Under the pieces are notes generated by a model. That model had not been told where the DNA came from. It was given only the letters and a program-made list of their open reading frames with translations, and searched no databases. The translations under genes and the position numbers were made by a program. A stretch of DNA of 63,848 bases, filler included, from Globobulimina sp. (lineage: Eukaryota): NCBI GenBank assembly GCA_003354225.1. It is 47 parts of 47 records of this genome, joined end to end, with 100 filler letters (N's around TTAATTAATTAA, not from the genome) between each part and the next. Parts side by side here need not be neighbours in the genome. Positions count along the whole stretch, not along the records: positions 35,398 to 36,657 come from PIVH01019916.1; positions 36,758 to 38,017 come from PIVH01019917.1; positions 38,118 to 39,377 come from PIVH01019918.1; positions 39,478 to 40,737 come from PIVH01019919.1; positions 40,838 to 42,097 come from PIVH01019920.1; positions 42,198 to 43,457 come from PIVH01019921.1; positions 43,558 to 44,817 come from PIVH01019922.1; positions 44,918 to 46,177 come from PIVH01019923.1; 39 more parts are not named here. The stretch is one strand, 5' to 3'. Position 1 is the first letter of the stretch. The number at the start of each line of letters is the position of its first letter. Of this stretch, positions 35,474-47,637 are shown piece by piece.

Positions 35474-36657
35474 TTAGTCAATATTCACAGTGTCTTGGTC
35501 GTCATCATCACTTTCATTCACACTCATATCGCCAAACATATCCTCCTCATTTTCAGGTTCATCTCCCTCTACCACTACGTCCTCCTGTTCCTCTTTATTA
35601 TTCTCATCCGATTTATCAACAACAACCACATCGTCATTAGAACTATTCGCGTCATTTATAATATTTACATTCTCCCGATTCTCGATACCGTGTATTTCCG
35701 CTCCATTCCCATGTTCCAATTGCTCGTTTTCATGCTCATCAGTAATTGCATTGTATCCGTCCATTATTTCATCACTAACTTCATTCATTTCCTCCTTTTC
35801 CTTTTCCACCAACTCCTCATTCAATCCATCCAACACTGCTTTGGACTCATTAATCTCTGCCAATAATTTCTTTTTTTTTGGCGCCAATTTCCCGGCTTCT
35901 TCAAATGCATCATTTGCCACAGCCAAATTAATCTCATTTTGAATCTCTTCTTTTAATTTTTCTTTCTGCAAAATATCCTCATTCAAATGCATTATTTCCG
36001 TCTCAATCTCGCTCTTATTCCTACTCACAGCCACAGGCACTGCCGCTGCCGCACATTCCTCTTCTTCCTCTTCGGCATTATTCGATAAAACATCATCCAA
36101 ATCCTCACTGTGCTGTAGATCCCGCTTTGTTTGCTCCATATTCCAGCCATATTCTTGCATAAAATATTCCAATTCAACCTCAAATTGATTTAACTCCATA
36201 TTCAGTACAATATGCTCCACATCGTCCTCCTTATCGTGGTTCATAGACTGCAAACTGTCGCGAATAATGTCCCGTTCATCTATCATTAAATCAAACCGTT
36301 GCTTATGAATTTTGATTTTTATATCGGATAAGTCGTGCTTTATCTGGGAGTGCAGCGCCTGTTCACCGGCATATTTCTCCTTAATTTTAAAGGTTTTATC
36401 ATTTAATACTTTTAATTGTTCCATGGATTTCTCTTTTAGCTGCGTTTTATGCAAGATTTGTTTATGGATTTTGCCGGCTTCTAAGTAGTTTTCGTTGTTG
36501 ACCGCCGAGGTTTTGTCGCTATGCAAGATTGGCAATGCACTGTCTACGGTGGACATAGTGGACCGATGTTGGATGCATTTGCTATCGATTTGTTTTAGCT
36601 CTTTCTCGTACTTTTCAATGGAGTACGAAATCTCATCCAATTTCTTGTTTAATACCT
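35474..36657 (-). CDS. Acidic coiled-coil protein with two UVR-like motifs, 5' partial
   Basis: AVNNENYLEAGKI and AVANDAFEEAGKL. Confidence 0.6.
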
Positions 36658-36956
36658 NNNNNNNNNNNNNNNNNNNNNNNNNNNNNNNNNNNNNNNNNNN
36701 NTTAATTAATTAANNNNNNNNNNNNNNNNNNNNNNNNNNNNNNNNNNNNNNNNNNNNGGGATCAGCCCAAACACCAAAATCACGCACGCTCACCGGAACG
36801 TCACAATTCTTCGTATCGTATACATGTCAAATTTCACTCGAAGGATTATTCGTTCTCGTACAAAAAGTAAATACAGATCTATTATCAGCAGTCAAAGCAG
36901 ACAAAAATAAAGAGGAACAGATCAAGGGTAGAGAGATTGAAAGACAGATCGAAGCA

Positions 36957-38017
36957 TTGATAACAACAACCAAAAGCATAATTAATGATAGAATAGTTGC
37001 CGACGCTGATGCTAATATGGAAACACCTTTGAAACAAGCTGAACCAATTCCAAATCAGCAACAAGGTATAGATCAAAATATACTTATGCAATTTATGCAA
37101 CAACAAGCGCAATTGCAACGCGATGAAGCACGTGAACAAAGGAAGGTACACCAGGATCAAATAGAGTTGCAACGAGAACAAATGAATAAAAATGACAGAC
37201 ATGTTAGGTTGATGCAAGAACAAATAAACGAACAAAAACAAACAACTAACGATCAAATATTGATATTGCGTGAACAATTAAAACAACAAAAATTAGCAGA
37301 TGATGCACGTCTTGAAGAAATGCGAATGCAAAGAAGAGAGGGCAATACCCCAAGTGAAACAAGTAGTAGTAGAAACGGTAAAGGCACAGTTAAATTACCA
37401 TCGTTAACAATCGAACCGTTTGCAGGAGACATGTTGCGTTGGCAGGAATTCTGGGACCGATTTGACACGGCAATAAATAAAAACGAAAATTTAAGCGCAG
37501 TCGAAAAATTCAGCTACTTGAAAAGTTATCTTAGAGGTCCAGCACTTCGTATGTTAGATGGTATACAATTGACAGAACAAAATTACAATGAAGCTATAGA
37601 TCATCTTAAACAGAAATACAGTGACGAGGATCTCGTAATAACTACACATTTGAAAAAGTTGTTGAATTTACGGCCACCAACGGATGACGTAATACAATTA
37701 GAAAGATTTTATAATGAAGTGTCAAATCATTTTAGAAGTTTAAAAACATTTGATGTCTCAGCAAAGGGTCCATTATTTGTCGAAGTTATCGTAAGCAAAT
37801 TACCATCTGTTATGCAACAGAAATTAGTTACAAAACTAAAAGGACAGGAAGAAAAAATGAAATGCATACTTGAGTATATTAGCGACGAAATTAAAAAGCG
37901 ACAAATAATTAAAACAAGTACAAATGTGACACCATCGCAACAACGTGATACGGTCAATCAAACACGTAGTTTCCCCAATTTAAAATGGTCAGGCAATGAA
38001 AATAAAAACAGTGATCA
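36957..38017 (+). mobile_element. Bel/Pao LTR retrotransposon gag region (DUF1759-type)
   Basis: VKLP...PFAGD...WQEFWDRF...LSAVEKFSYLKSYLRGPA...NYNEAIDHLKQKY. Confidence 0.9.
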
Positions 38018-38117
38018 NNNNNNNNNNNNNNNNNNNNNNNNNNNNNNNNNNNNNNNNNNNNTTAATTAATTAANNNNNNNNNNNNNNNNNNNNNNNNNNN
38101 NNNNNNNNNNNNNNNNN

Positions 38118-38627
38118 CCATATTTCACCTTTTTTCCAATGTCTATAACCTCCATTCAAATATGCTTTCAATTCCTTATCATTATGTTGATAACCACCAC
38201 CTTTTCCTGATTTTTGTAAACTTAAATATTCTTCCTTTCGTTTTGAATAAATACCAAAATATCGATAACAAGATGTCGCATCGTGACATTTAAGCGACCA
38301 TAAATGTATTCCTTTACTATATCCGTTAGAATCAAAGGTTTGTGGATAAACAAAATATCCCGAACATCCACCAGTTCCTTTAATGGCATATCCATCATCT
38401 TCTAACTTAAACTTATGTTTATTATAGAAATCAAATTTTGCTAATTTTGGATAAAATGAAAATATTTCAGCAGTTATGTCTTTTGGTATAATTTGACTAA
38501 TAAATGTTTCTAATTCTCGCACATAACCAAAAACCAGCAACTCTTGCAATAGCACACCACCACAGTTGAGAAGTATTGGCGCTGGTTGGCACTTCATGTT
38601 TTTTGAAAGCATCGACTGATCATTCAT
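38118..38627 (-). CDS. 'FGY.R...IP' family SPRY/B30.2-like protein, 3' partial
   Basis: LLVFGYVRE...IIPKDITAEIFSFY; GYSKGIHLWSLK. Confidence 0.65.
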
Positions 38628-38777
38628 GTTAACTACAAAAAAACTTTAGCCCATAAAAAAACATCTGAGTAATACAATTAAGACAATAAAAAAACAACGA
38701 TTCGCTTCAATTTAGATAAAAATTTAATTTGACATTACAATCAAAACGCGTTGATAAAGTAAGTAAAGTTGCATGAG

Positions 38778-39377
38778 CTACGATTTCTTTTCTGAATCAT
38801 AAGATTCGTTTACAGTTTCTGACAGATGTAATATGCTTTGCTTATTATCTTTCTCTTTATCCACATCAGTTTTACCTTTATGTTTATCTTTCGCTTTTTG
38901 AAAATTTTGCAAACACACTGGACAATTCTGATGCTGATCGAGCCATTTTATACAACAATCTTTATGGAAATGATGACCACATTTCAGATGTAAAACATTA
39001 GAATCTTTGGCATATTCATCCAAACAAATAACACACAACGCAGATTGCTCCGATATTTCGCCATCATCCATTAATTCAAGGTATGGCTTACTTGCACATT
39101 TCAATTTTTTCATTTCTTTTTCCCTTTTTAAAGTTGCGTATGCTTGTTTTGATAATGGTATCTTAATCCTATTGCTGCAGCAACTTAATATTTGGTCAGG
39201 ATTATACAAACAACTGTGCTCATTTGCACTCAAACGTTTGCATCCACAAAGTGCTAATATCACAACCAATAATATTGAGGCCGGCAATACACTTTCGAGT
39301 GTAAAATAATGTGGTCCTGATTTGCAACATAAAACTCCACCTTGCTGTTCATTTATTTTATAGATGCTGTCAATTAA
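38778..39377 (-). CDS. Membrane-anchored RING-H2 E3 ligase, 5' partial
   Basis: CVICLDEY...CGHHFHKDCCIKWL...CPVC after a TM segment. Confidence 0.9.
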   Translation of the reverse strand, partial: LIDSIYKINEQQGGVLCCKSGPHYFTLESVLPASILLVVILALCGCKRLSANEHSCLYNPDQILSCCSNRIKIPLSKQAYATLKREKEMKKLKCASKPYLELMDDGEISEQSALCVICLDEYAKDSNVLHLKCGHHFHKDCCIKWLDQHQNCPVCLQNFQKAKDKHKGKTDVDKEKDNKQSILHLSETVNESYDSEKKS

Positions 39378-39477
39378 NNNNNNNNNNNNNNNNNNNNNNN
39401 NNNNNNNNNNNNNNNNNNNNNTTAATTAATTAANNNNNNNNNNNNNNNNNNNNNNNNNNNNNNNNNNNNNNNNNNNN

Positions 39478-40737
39478 AGAGAATGAAGTGAATGATTTAC
39501 GAAATGGTAAGAAAACCAACGAAGAGAAATTATTATTATTTGAAGAAAACAAATGTAAAATGGAGCAAATTGAAGGGGATAAAACTAAAATAATTCAAGA
39601 ATTAGAAAATAAATCAAATGAATATATTCAACAAATAACTGCATTAAAAACGAAGATGAGTGGCCATACAAATAATAACAACGAACAAAATCAACAAATC
39701 CAAGCATTGCAAACCGAATTAAACGAATTATCCGCAAAACATCAGCAATTAAACGAAAATATAATAAGTATACAAAAAGAAACAGAAACTAAAAATGAAG
39801 AAATATTGAAATTGAACGCGGAAATGTCTGGATTTAAGACCGAGATAACTGAGAAAAACCACGTAATTGAGGAATATAAAAAGAATGAGAGTGAGTTTAA
39901 AATATTAAATCAGAATAAAGCCAATGAACTAACGGTATTAACTCAAAAATTAACAACATTACAAGAGGAAAATGACACAAATGTAAATACATTAGAAAAC
40001 AAAGAAAATGAGACTAAGAAATTAAAAGAAGAAATTGCTGAAAATACGGAAAAAATCAATGAGTTTGAAATAAAAATGAAAGAAAATGACAGTTCGCTCG
40101 AATCAAACAAATGCGAACTAAATGAACTAAGACAACAACTCAATGACAAAACAACTGAAAATAATAAGCAATTGGAAGAATTCAAAAAAAACGAGAGTGA
40201 GTTTAAAATATTAAAAGAAAAATATGAATCAAAGATGGATGCATTCAAAACCAGGCTAAATGATAATAAATCACAATTGGAGCAAATTGAAGGTGACAAA
40301 GATAAAATAATTCAAGAATTAGAAAGTAAATCAACTGAATATATTCAACAAATAACTGCATTGAAAACGGAGATGAGAGGTTATTCAAATAGTAAAAACG
40401 AACAAAATCAACAAATTCAAACATTGCAAACAGAATTGAATGAATTATCCGCAAAACATCAGCAATTAAACGAAAATATGGCCAGTATACAAAAAGAAAC
40501 AATATCCGATAAAGAGTCAAATAATAAACAATTGGAAGAATTTAAAAATGAGACCTTATCTCTAAGAGATACAGTGAATGGATTTGAAAGTACAAGGAAG
40601 GAATTGGCGAATGAGATAAATGACAAAGTATCGGAAATAAATAAGTTGAAACATGAGAATGAAGAGAATTATAACAAAGTGAGTGAACTGCGGAATGAAT
40701 TGAATGAAAAAAAAGAAGAAATGTTAAGTTTAAAACA
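39478..40737 (+). CDS. Large coiled-coil protein with long internal duplications, partial
   Basis: E/K/N-rich heptads; a ~75-aa block repeated 717 nt apart (39561 and 40278). Confidence 0.8.
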
Positions 40738-40837
40738 NNNNNNNNNNNNNNNNNNNNNNNNNNNNNNNNNNNNNNNNNNNNTTAATTAATTAANNNNNNN
40801 NNNNNNNNNNNNNNNNNNNNNNNNNNNNNNNNNNNNN

Positions 40838-40927
40838 TATTGTCGTACTGTAAATCGAAAATGTCTATATTAAATTTCGTCGATATCAATATTCGATATC
40901 GATATTCAAAAACAGTGGGTAACCCTA
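40838..40927. mobile_element. hAT-like transposon terminus
   Basis: CGATAT-type repeats ending ...gtgggtaacccta (TIR 5'-TAGGGTTACC). Confidence 0.4.
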
Positions 40928-42197
40928 GTGGGGACCAGTGAAAACCCCAGTCCGACCCATGGTGTCATGCTGCCAAAAAAATGCATGAAAATAGGAAACG
41001 ATGGTTTTTTTCAGGCCCAATAAAGCAATTTTGTTAGGAGGGCGCATAAGTGGTTGATTGGACTGGGAAGAATTGGGTAAATAAAAGAAATGAGAAAGAA
41101 TTGTGTAATGATTTTCCTGTATCATCGAGAGAAAGTACGAAAATTCAGAATGATTATAAGTTTTGCTCAGTTATTATTTACTTACTGTAAACTGCAGAGG
41201 CCATGAGAAATAAAATCGTTAATGCATGAAATGTACAATATTCTGATTGTACATGATGCGTAAGAATCGATAAACGCGCATTTTACCTTGCTGCCATAAA
41301 GACAAATCGGTGCTGCCTAACGGAATAGTGATGCTGCCTAGACAATGCATATGTTTTATAGAGAACCGCGCATGTCTGCATGCAATATATTGAAGAAATA
41401 AACGCGCATGTGCGCTTAATTGAAACGCGCTAAATAGTTTGAAAAAATAAACGCCGCGTTTATCGGTTGGTACTAGGAGGCATTAAAGGTCTTAAAACAC
41501 GAAATATAGCTTATGTAGGTATAACCGTAAGGAACGATTTAGTCAAATATTTGAATCAAAGTAAAAGATTTACAATTGAGGTTATTTGAAGTATTATGTA
41601 CACACACATGTAACTAATGTACAGTATGTTACTGTAAAATGTCGATAAATCATGTGAAATAAAGTTATAAAGCTTTCCGATATGTACCTTTTGAATGAAA
41701 TTTGTGTGACATTTTATTTCTGGACATAATACTATATGAATCGACAATTGAATTCGGTTATACCTACATAAAGTGACTATTGCGTATTTTAAGATTTTAC
41801 ATTACTGTAGTTTAGTGTGGTTGCTGCAGTCGGTTAATTCATCATTAGTCTTGGTCCTTGTTATGACATTATTTGTCAGTTGGTGTCTCACACGAGTCGT
41901 CGTATGGTTATTATTTTTATTAAAGTAGATATTTATTGCAGTTAGTTGAGTCCTATCATATTGTCCTGTGGCTCATTTATATTCAACAATCATTACATCA
42001 CCCTGTTTCACCATTGTCACCATTCATCCGTTTCCTGCATCCCTCAACATTACAATCACAATGGATGATCGGTTAAATATTGGTAAGTATTGTAAGANNN
42101 NNNNNNNNNNNNNNNNNNNNNNNNNNNNNNNNNNNNNNNNNTTAATTAATTAANNNNNNNNNNNNNNNNNNNNNNNNNNNNNNNNNNNNNNNNNNNN

Positions 42198-43302
42198 TCA
42201 CACTCCGCAGTCACGACACCTCCATCATACTTCATCGCACTGTCACCAAATGCCCTCGAAACTGCTATCTTGCCGTCAATTCGTCCATGAATAATCTTAC
42301 CACCCATTTTTTCAATGCGTTCCTTTTCATGTTCATTGTGTACGTTATGATCCATAGTTAAAGCCTCAAATTTTGGAACATTATTCCCCTGCGAAGTTAA
42401 CAGCAAATAACCTCTGGCATCACCAGCCCAAAATATTCTGCCACTATGTTCTGAAAAATGCACATTTCACATATATCAAAAACGAAGTAAATTGATCTGA
42501 AAATCTGAATATGTTTAAACTAACTTCAAATATGATACTGTTTTTGCTCAACGTGTAACTGTTTACTATCCGTATAACGCCGAACAAAAAAAAAATAAGT
42601 ATCATTCGATAATATTCAGATCAAACAGTGTTTTTTACGATCTTCGGATGCAAATCTCATAGAAAAACGCGTTGTGTATATACCCATTTCAAAGCCGTCA
42701 AGCCATGTTTTTTTGCCATAATCTAATTTGTGTACTTTTTTCTGTTTATCTTTTAAGTTTTTAATGGATGGCCGCTGTTCGGGTTTCTGTCCTTTAGCCC
42801 GAATAGTTTTTGCTTTGTCCAAATCCACAGCGGCCTTAACCTGCGAATAAATGATCGCAAAAACCACTGTGCTGCCGGCACTGCCACCGCTTTCTGTTGA
42901 ATTTGAGATGAACTCTTTGTCCATTTCTTGAATTACTGCGGTGATATCTTGATTATTTTCTAAGTCGTCGAGATTATTAAGTTTCTGATATAAATGTTCC
43001 GCCAAATATTTCGATGCTTTGGCGCCGTGATGGCCATCAAATACACCAAATAAACTGTAATTGTCATGATCCTCGAATTCAAATTGACATAAATGATCAT
43101 CTTCCATGGTTTTTCGCTCACCTTTTGCCGAACAGACAGATACTTGGAACTGTCGATTAAAATATCGTTCATATTTTTTTGTATGAACAAAAACATAATT
43201 GGTCCTATCATTGTTTGCTTTTTGTTTAAGCGGTGTTGCTGGTGATTGTATCTCGTCATCCATAGGAACATTGTCAACAGAACTAGTACAACAGATACCC
43301 AT
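42198..43302 (-). CDS. PP2C (PPM) phosphatase with an acylation-type N-terminus, intron-containing, 3' partial
   Basis: MGICC; RKTMEDDH, FGVFDGHHG, GSTVV, WAGDAR, TMDH, AVSRAFGD. Confidence 0.95.
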
Positions 43303-43644
43303 TGTTCGTTAATTTGATTTTAGTGATCGGAGTTTTATCCTACACCATGTCTGTCACATTTTTTGTAATTTGGTTCATTGTTTCTCTACCAATATGTGGG
43401 TTGCTTGCATACTGGTTTTACAAAAGTGATTTTATCACCATTGAAATATTCCAGAGTNNNNNNNNNNNNNNNNNNNNNNNNNNNNNNNNNNNNNNNNNNN
43501 NTTAATTAATTAANNNNNNNNNNNNNNNNNNNNNNNNNNNNNNNNNNNNNNNNNNNNCTGTGATACGACTTTGGTTTGTTCGTTTTCAATGTTTTAACTC
43601 TGATTTGTATCTGCAATGCATTGAGCTGTAATTGTTGTTTATAG

Positions 43645-44163
43645 CAAAATGGAGGGCATTGGTTCTACACACAATCCGCCGGAGTTCGAGATTTAAAGAC
43701 TTTGATTGAAGTTTATCACGACACAGTTGGTGCCAATGGAGTGTTGGAGATGGATTTTGCTATCGATCAAACCGGAAATGTTGCTGCCAATCAAGCCGCG
43801 GCGTATAAAGAATTTGGTGATTGGATCAATGGCTGCTATGAAACAAGTGTTGCTTCGACGAAAGGAAATGGATTAAATGATAATAATAAAGAGTTGCAAT
43901 TGAAAATAAGTGACAGTGGCAAAGTGTTTGATCGCGTAATGATTAAAGAAGATTTGAGGAGAGGCCAAAGAGTGCGAAAGTATGATATTGTGGTTGATGG
44001 AAATAAAGTGGTCTCGACCACTGTTGTTGGATATAAACGGATAATAGCATTAAATAAAAATTTCACAACGCCGGCAACCATTTCATTTGTATTGAATGGA
44101 TATGTTGGAGATAGTGTTGATATTACTAATTTTGCGGTGTTTGCGCCATGTCCAAGTGGCTGA
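43645..44163 (+). CDS. GH29 alpha-L-fucosidase, last exon with C-terminal beta-sandwich
   Basis: HWFY...LIEVYHDTVGANGVLEMDF; FDRVMIKEDLRRGQRV; VGYKRI. Confidence 0.85.
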   Translation, partial: QNGGHWFYTQSAGVRDLKTLIEVYHDTVGANGVLEMDFAIDQTGNVAANQAAAYKEFGDWINGCYETSVASTKGNGLNDNNKELQLKISDSGKVFDRVMIKEDLRRGQRVRKYDIVVDGNKVVSTTVVGYKRIIALNKNFTTPATISFVLNGYVGDSVDITNFAVFAPCPSG

Positions 44164-44259
44164 TTTAATTGTTGTAAATGTTCAATTGCCTCATGCTTTA
44201 AAAATAAATCTTTTGGTTCGCAACGGTTTTACTGTACGGTCAGTACCGAGTAGATCCAG

Positions 44260-44450
44260 CACGAATTAAATCGGTCCTGATGAAAAATCAGAATCAGCAT
44301 CAACAACAAACAAATGCAGCCAAACCAAGCATTGATTTTAATTTTTTTTTTTAAACACAGAAATAAATGACAGTAATAACTGCACAGTAAATTAATGCAA
44401 AGTGATTCAAAGAGTGATGAAAGCATTAATGTATTACGAAACCTTAAATA
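44260..44450 (+). pseudogene. Truncated, frameshifted duplicate of the 5' end of the gene at 44554
   Basis: Near-identical to ~44537-44732, with an extra T in the T-run and an in-frame stop. Confidence 0.7.
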
Positions 44451-44553
44451 TGCTGTTTTTCACAAGTGTGACTTCACATTTTTCCCACATTAGCATTCCC
44501 TTTTTTTTCTTGCGAACTAGTATCGTTTCGTTCAACCACGAATTAATTCGTGA

Positions 44554-44817
44554 ATGGGGAATCATCATCAAAAACACCCAAACGATGATAAAAGTAGCAA
44601 CACAGCCAAACCAAGCATTGATTTTAATTTTTTTTTAAACACAGAGATAAATGACAGTAATAACTGCGTAGTAAATGAATGCAAATCAGTCCAAAGAGTG
44701 ACGAAAGCGTTGATGTACTACGAAAGCTTAAATAACACAAAACAGGAAAACAGTAACGGACAGGCAATATTCAGTGCGTTTTTAGTGGAAATTTATAAAC
44801 ATTATTTAGATGATATT
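44554..44817 (+). CDS. Unknown protein (C..C...R...AL.YY family), 3' partial
   Basis: ORF from ATG 44554 to the contig end. Confidence 0.55.
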
Positions 44818-44917
44818 NNNNNNNNNNNNNNNNNNNNNNNNNNNNNNNNNNNNNNNNNNNNTTAATTAATTAANNNNNNNNNNNNNNNNNNNNNNNNNNN
44901 NNNNNNNNNNNNNNNNN

Positions 44918-45393
44918 TCAAATTGGCTGTTTATTATCTCTTTGAATTTGGTGAAATTCGGCATTGGTTTATACGCATAAAATGTAGTTACAACACCAAA
45001 GGCAATGTTTCTGTCATATTTGCCAGCCACGCCGGCTAAGCCACCAATCATTTCTCTGTCGCTGTTTGGTGGGCGCGAGTTATCGATGTCATTGTCACCA
45101 AAGAGATAAACGGGCCACGCTGAGGTCGTAATGTCTGGGTTTTGGAGGTATAATGTGTGTGTTGCAGTTAATTGATTGTCTGAGAATCTATCTATTTGAT
45201 ATATTATGCATCCATAGCTAACGTCGTCATTTTTATTGTTGTTGTTGTTGTTATTGTTGTGGTTGTTATCGCGTGCAAGTTTGGTGATGGATTTATTTTG
45301 TTCGCCACATATTTCACACTGGTCGTTGAGTGCGGATTGTTGAAAGGTGCAACGGGAACAATCCCATTTGCTCTCTGATACCACAGAAGCCAT
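44918..45393 (-). CDS. RanBP2-type zinc finger fused to an FGDN-motif domain, 3' partial
   Basis: WDCSRCTFQQSALNDQCEIC; VYLFGDN...GGLAGVA...IAFGVVT. Confidence 0.75.
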
Positions 45394-45458
45394 ACTTTGT
45401 TTATAAAATGTAACTAATTTGAAAAAAAAACTTACTGAAAATCGTCGGTAAGGTCAAA

Positions 45459-46130
45459 ATGAGCAAAGCAATGGATGGAGAGATAAGAGATGTTGTTTTT
45501 GGTTATGTGCATCGTGTTAATCAGCGTTTCAACATTCCCATTCCGGTAAAAAATATTATTTTGGTGTATTATGATGATAATTATGTGTTTGATAAAGAAC
45601 ATCATTCTGACAAAATCATCATTGTTAATGGTGGTAAATCCATCAGAAAGCTTAAATGTGCCGGATTTGGTCAAGTTTCGTGCATATTCGGACAAGAGAT
45701 AACAAATAAAATCTGCAATAAATTTGAGATCCAAATGAAATGGAAGAAATGTTGTAGCAATTTTTATTTTGGGTTTACAACGTCGACACTGAAGGAATCC
45801 ATCAAAAATTGGAACCAACCATTCGGAAAAGGACAAAACTGGGAGCATTCTGTGAGTATTTTAGTTGGAAATCATTATAATTCTTTTTATCTCAGTGATA
45901 AAAATAACAAATCCAAACAATTAACAGATTATTTATCACCACATAATTTCAAAGAAAACGATTTGTTTAGTTTTGTGTTTGATTTTGTGAAGGATTCGGT
46001 AGTGCTATATCATAATAATAAATATGCCACCAAAATATCATTAAATAAGAAAAGCAAAATACTGACTGGATTTTCATTGGGATCGAGACAAAAGGAAGAA
46101 ATCCAAGTCATTAAATCTTTGTTATCATGA
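45459..46130 (+). CDS. 'FGY' family SPRY/concanavalin-like protein, complete and intronless
   Basis: VVFGYVHR...IPIPVKNIILVYY; FKENDLFSFVFDF. Confidence 0.7.
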   Translation: MSKAMDGEIRDVVFGYVHRVNQRFNIPIPVKNIILVYYDDNYVFDKEHHSDKIIIVNGGKSIRKLKCAGFGQVSCIFGQEITNKICNKFEIQMKWKKCCSNFYFGFTTSTLKESIKNWNQPFGKGQNWEHSVSILVGNHYNSFYLSDKNNKSKQLTDYLSPHNFKENDLFSFVFDFVKDSVVLYHNNKYATKISLNKKSKILTGFSLGSRQKEEIQVIKSLLS

Positions 46131-46277
46131 CTGTACGTTTAATATATTCTTAAATCAAAGTTTTTCAGTGATAATCTNNNNNNNNNNNNNNNNNNNNNNN
46201 NNNNNNNNNNNNNNNNNNNNNTTAATTAATTAANNNNNNNNNNNNNNNNNNNNNNNNNNNNNNNNNNNNNNNNNNNN

Positions 46278-47537
46278 GAATGAATGTCATAAATATTGTT
46301 CATACGGTGGACATTTGACCATTGCGGGTAAAGAGAAATGGTTAATTCAGATAAATAGAGGGAAAAATATATTAATTGGTATATGTGGAGTGACTGACAA
46401 TTATTTGTTACCAGATAAGATATATACATTCAGTGAATATGGATATGGCATGAATAATAATGGCAATATCTATAATAATAATATGTTAATGAGAGGTGGC
46501 AATGGTGGATATAGTGAGGGCGATGTAATTATTATTAAATTAGATTTAATTAACGGTGAATTGAAATTTAATCCAAAATTATGTGAAAATATTACAGTTA
46601 AAATAAGCAAACCAAGTCACAATAATAAATTGAGAGGATATCGATTAGCGGTATATTTACATGATATTAATGATAAAATAACAATGATTAATGGTAACAA
46701 ACGAAGAAAAAATCGATCTTTCGAACCGTCAACACCGGGCAATACCACCTGCAGTGATGACGAACATGGCATGTTTGAATTTAATGGTTCCTTTGAGTCA
46801 GATGGCGAGATTGGTGCTGATTATACAACGCTTTTTAGTCCAACAATGAGAGACATATTCACTGAGAATGTATTGCCAAATCCACAAACTAAATTAATTA
46901 ATTTAAGTGCGTTCCATTCCAAATAAATAATATTTTTTCATTTGCATTTATTTTTATTGTTAGATGATGATAATATTTTGATGGCATCTTTGATGAAATG
47001 TTATTGTGAAAACAAACGAAAATATATCGACGTGGCTGGTATATTAACCAAAGATTATTTGTATTTTGTAAACTGTAAAAATTATCAGATATGGTCGCAA
47101 TTTAAAAATAGAACAAAAATTGATAATGTGTTATACAATGACAATGATACGGGAATTAATAGCAACATCAAAATACAGCAAAAACATGCCATTGAAATGA
47201 TTGTCAACTTAGGATATAACCAACAGGAAAACACAAAAATAATACAATTTCTAGTCGGCAAAACAAAAAACGATATCAAACTACAAATATTATTAAATAG
47301 GGATAATAATATCACATCGCTGGCGTCATTGTTTAAATTAAATGACGAAGAAACATATCATATGCCGACAATAAAAAAAATAATAATACCTCAATTGTTT
47401 CAGTTTAATTCAGTGGAATATATAGAATATATTTTAAATGATATTGAATGGGATCAAAATGATAACTTAATTACAATGAAACAATATCATACATTAAATG
47501 AAATGGATAATATCCTTCAACGACAAAAACAATATTT
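46278..47537 (+). CDS. SPRY-domain protein fragment, probably two exons
   Basis: ILIGIC, YGYGMNNNGNIY, GYSEGDVIIIKLDL. Confidence 0.65.
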
Positions 47538-47637
47538 NNNNNNNNNNNNNNNNNNNNNNNNNNNNNNNNNNNNNNNNNNNNTTAATTAATTAANNNNNNN
47601 NNNNNNNNNNNNNNNNNNNNNNNNNNNNNNNNNNNNN

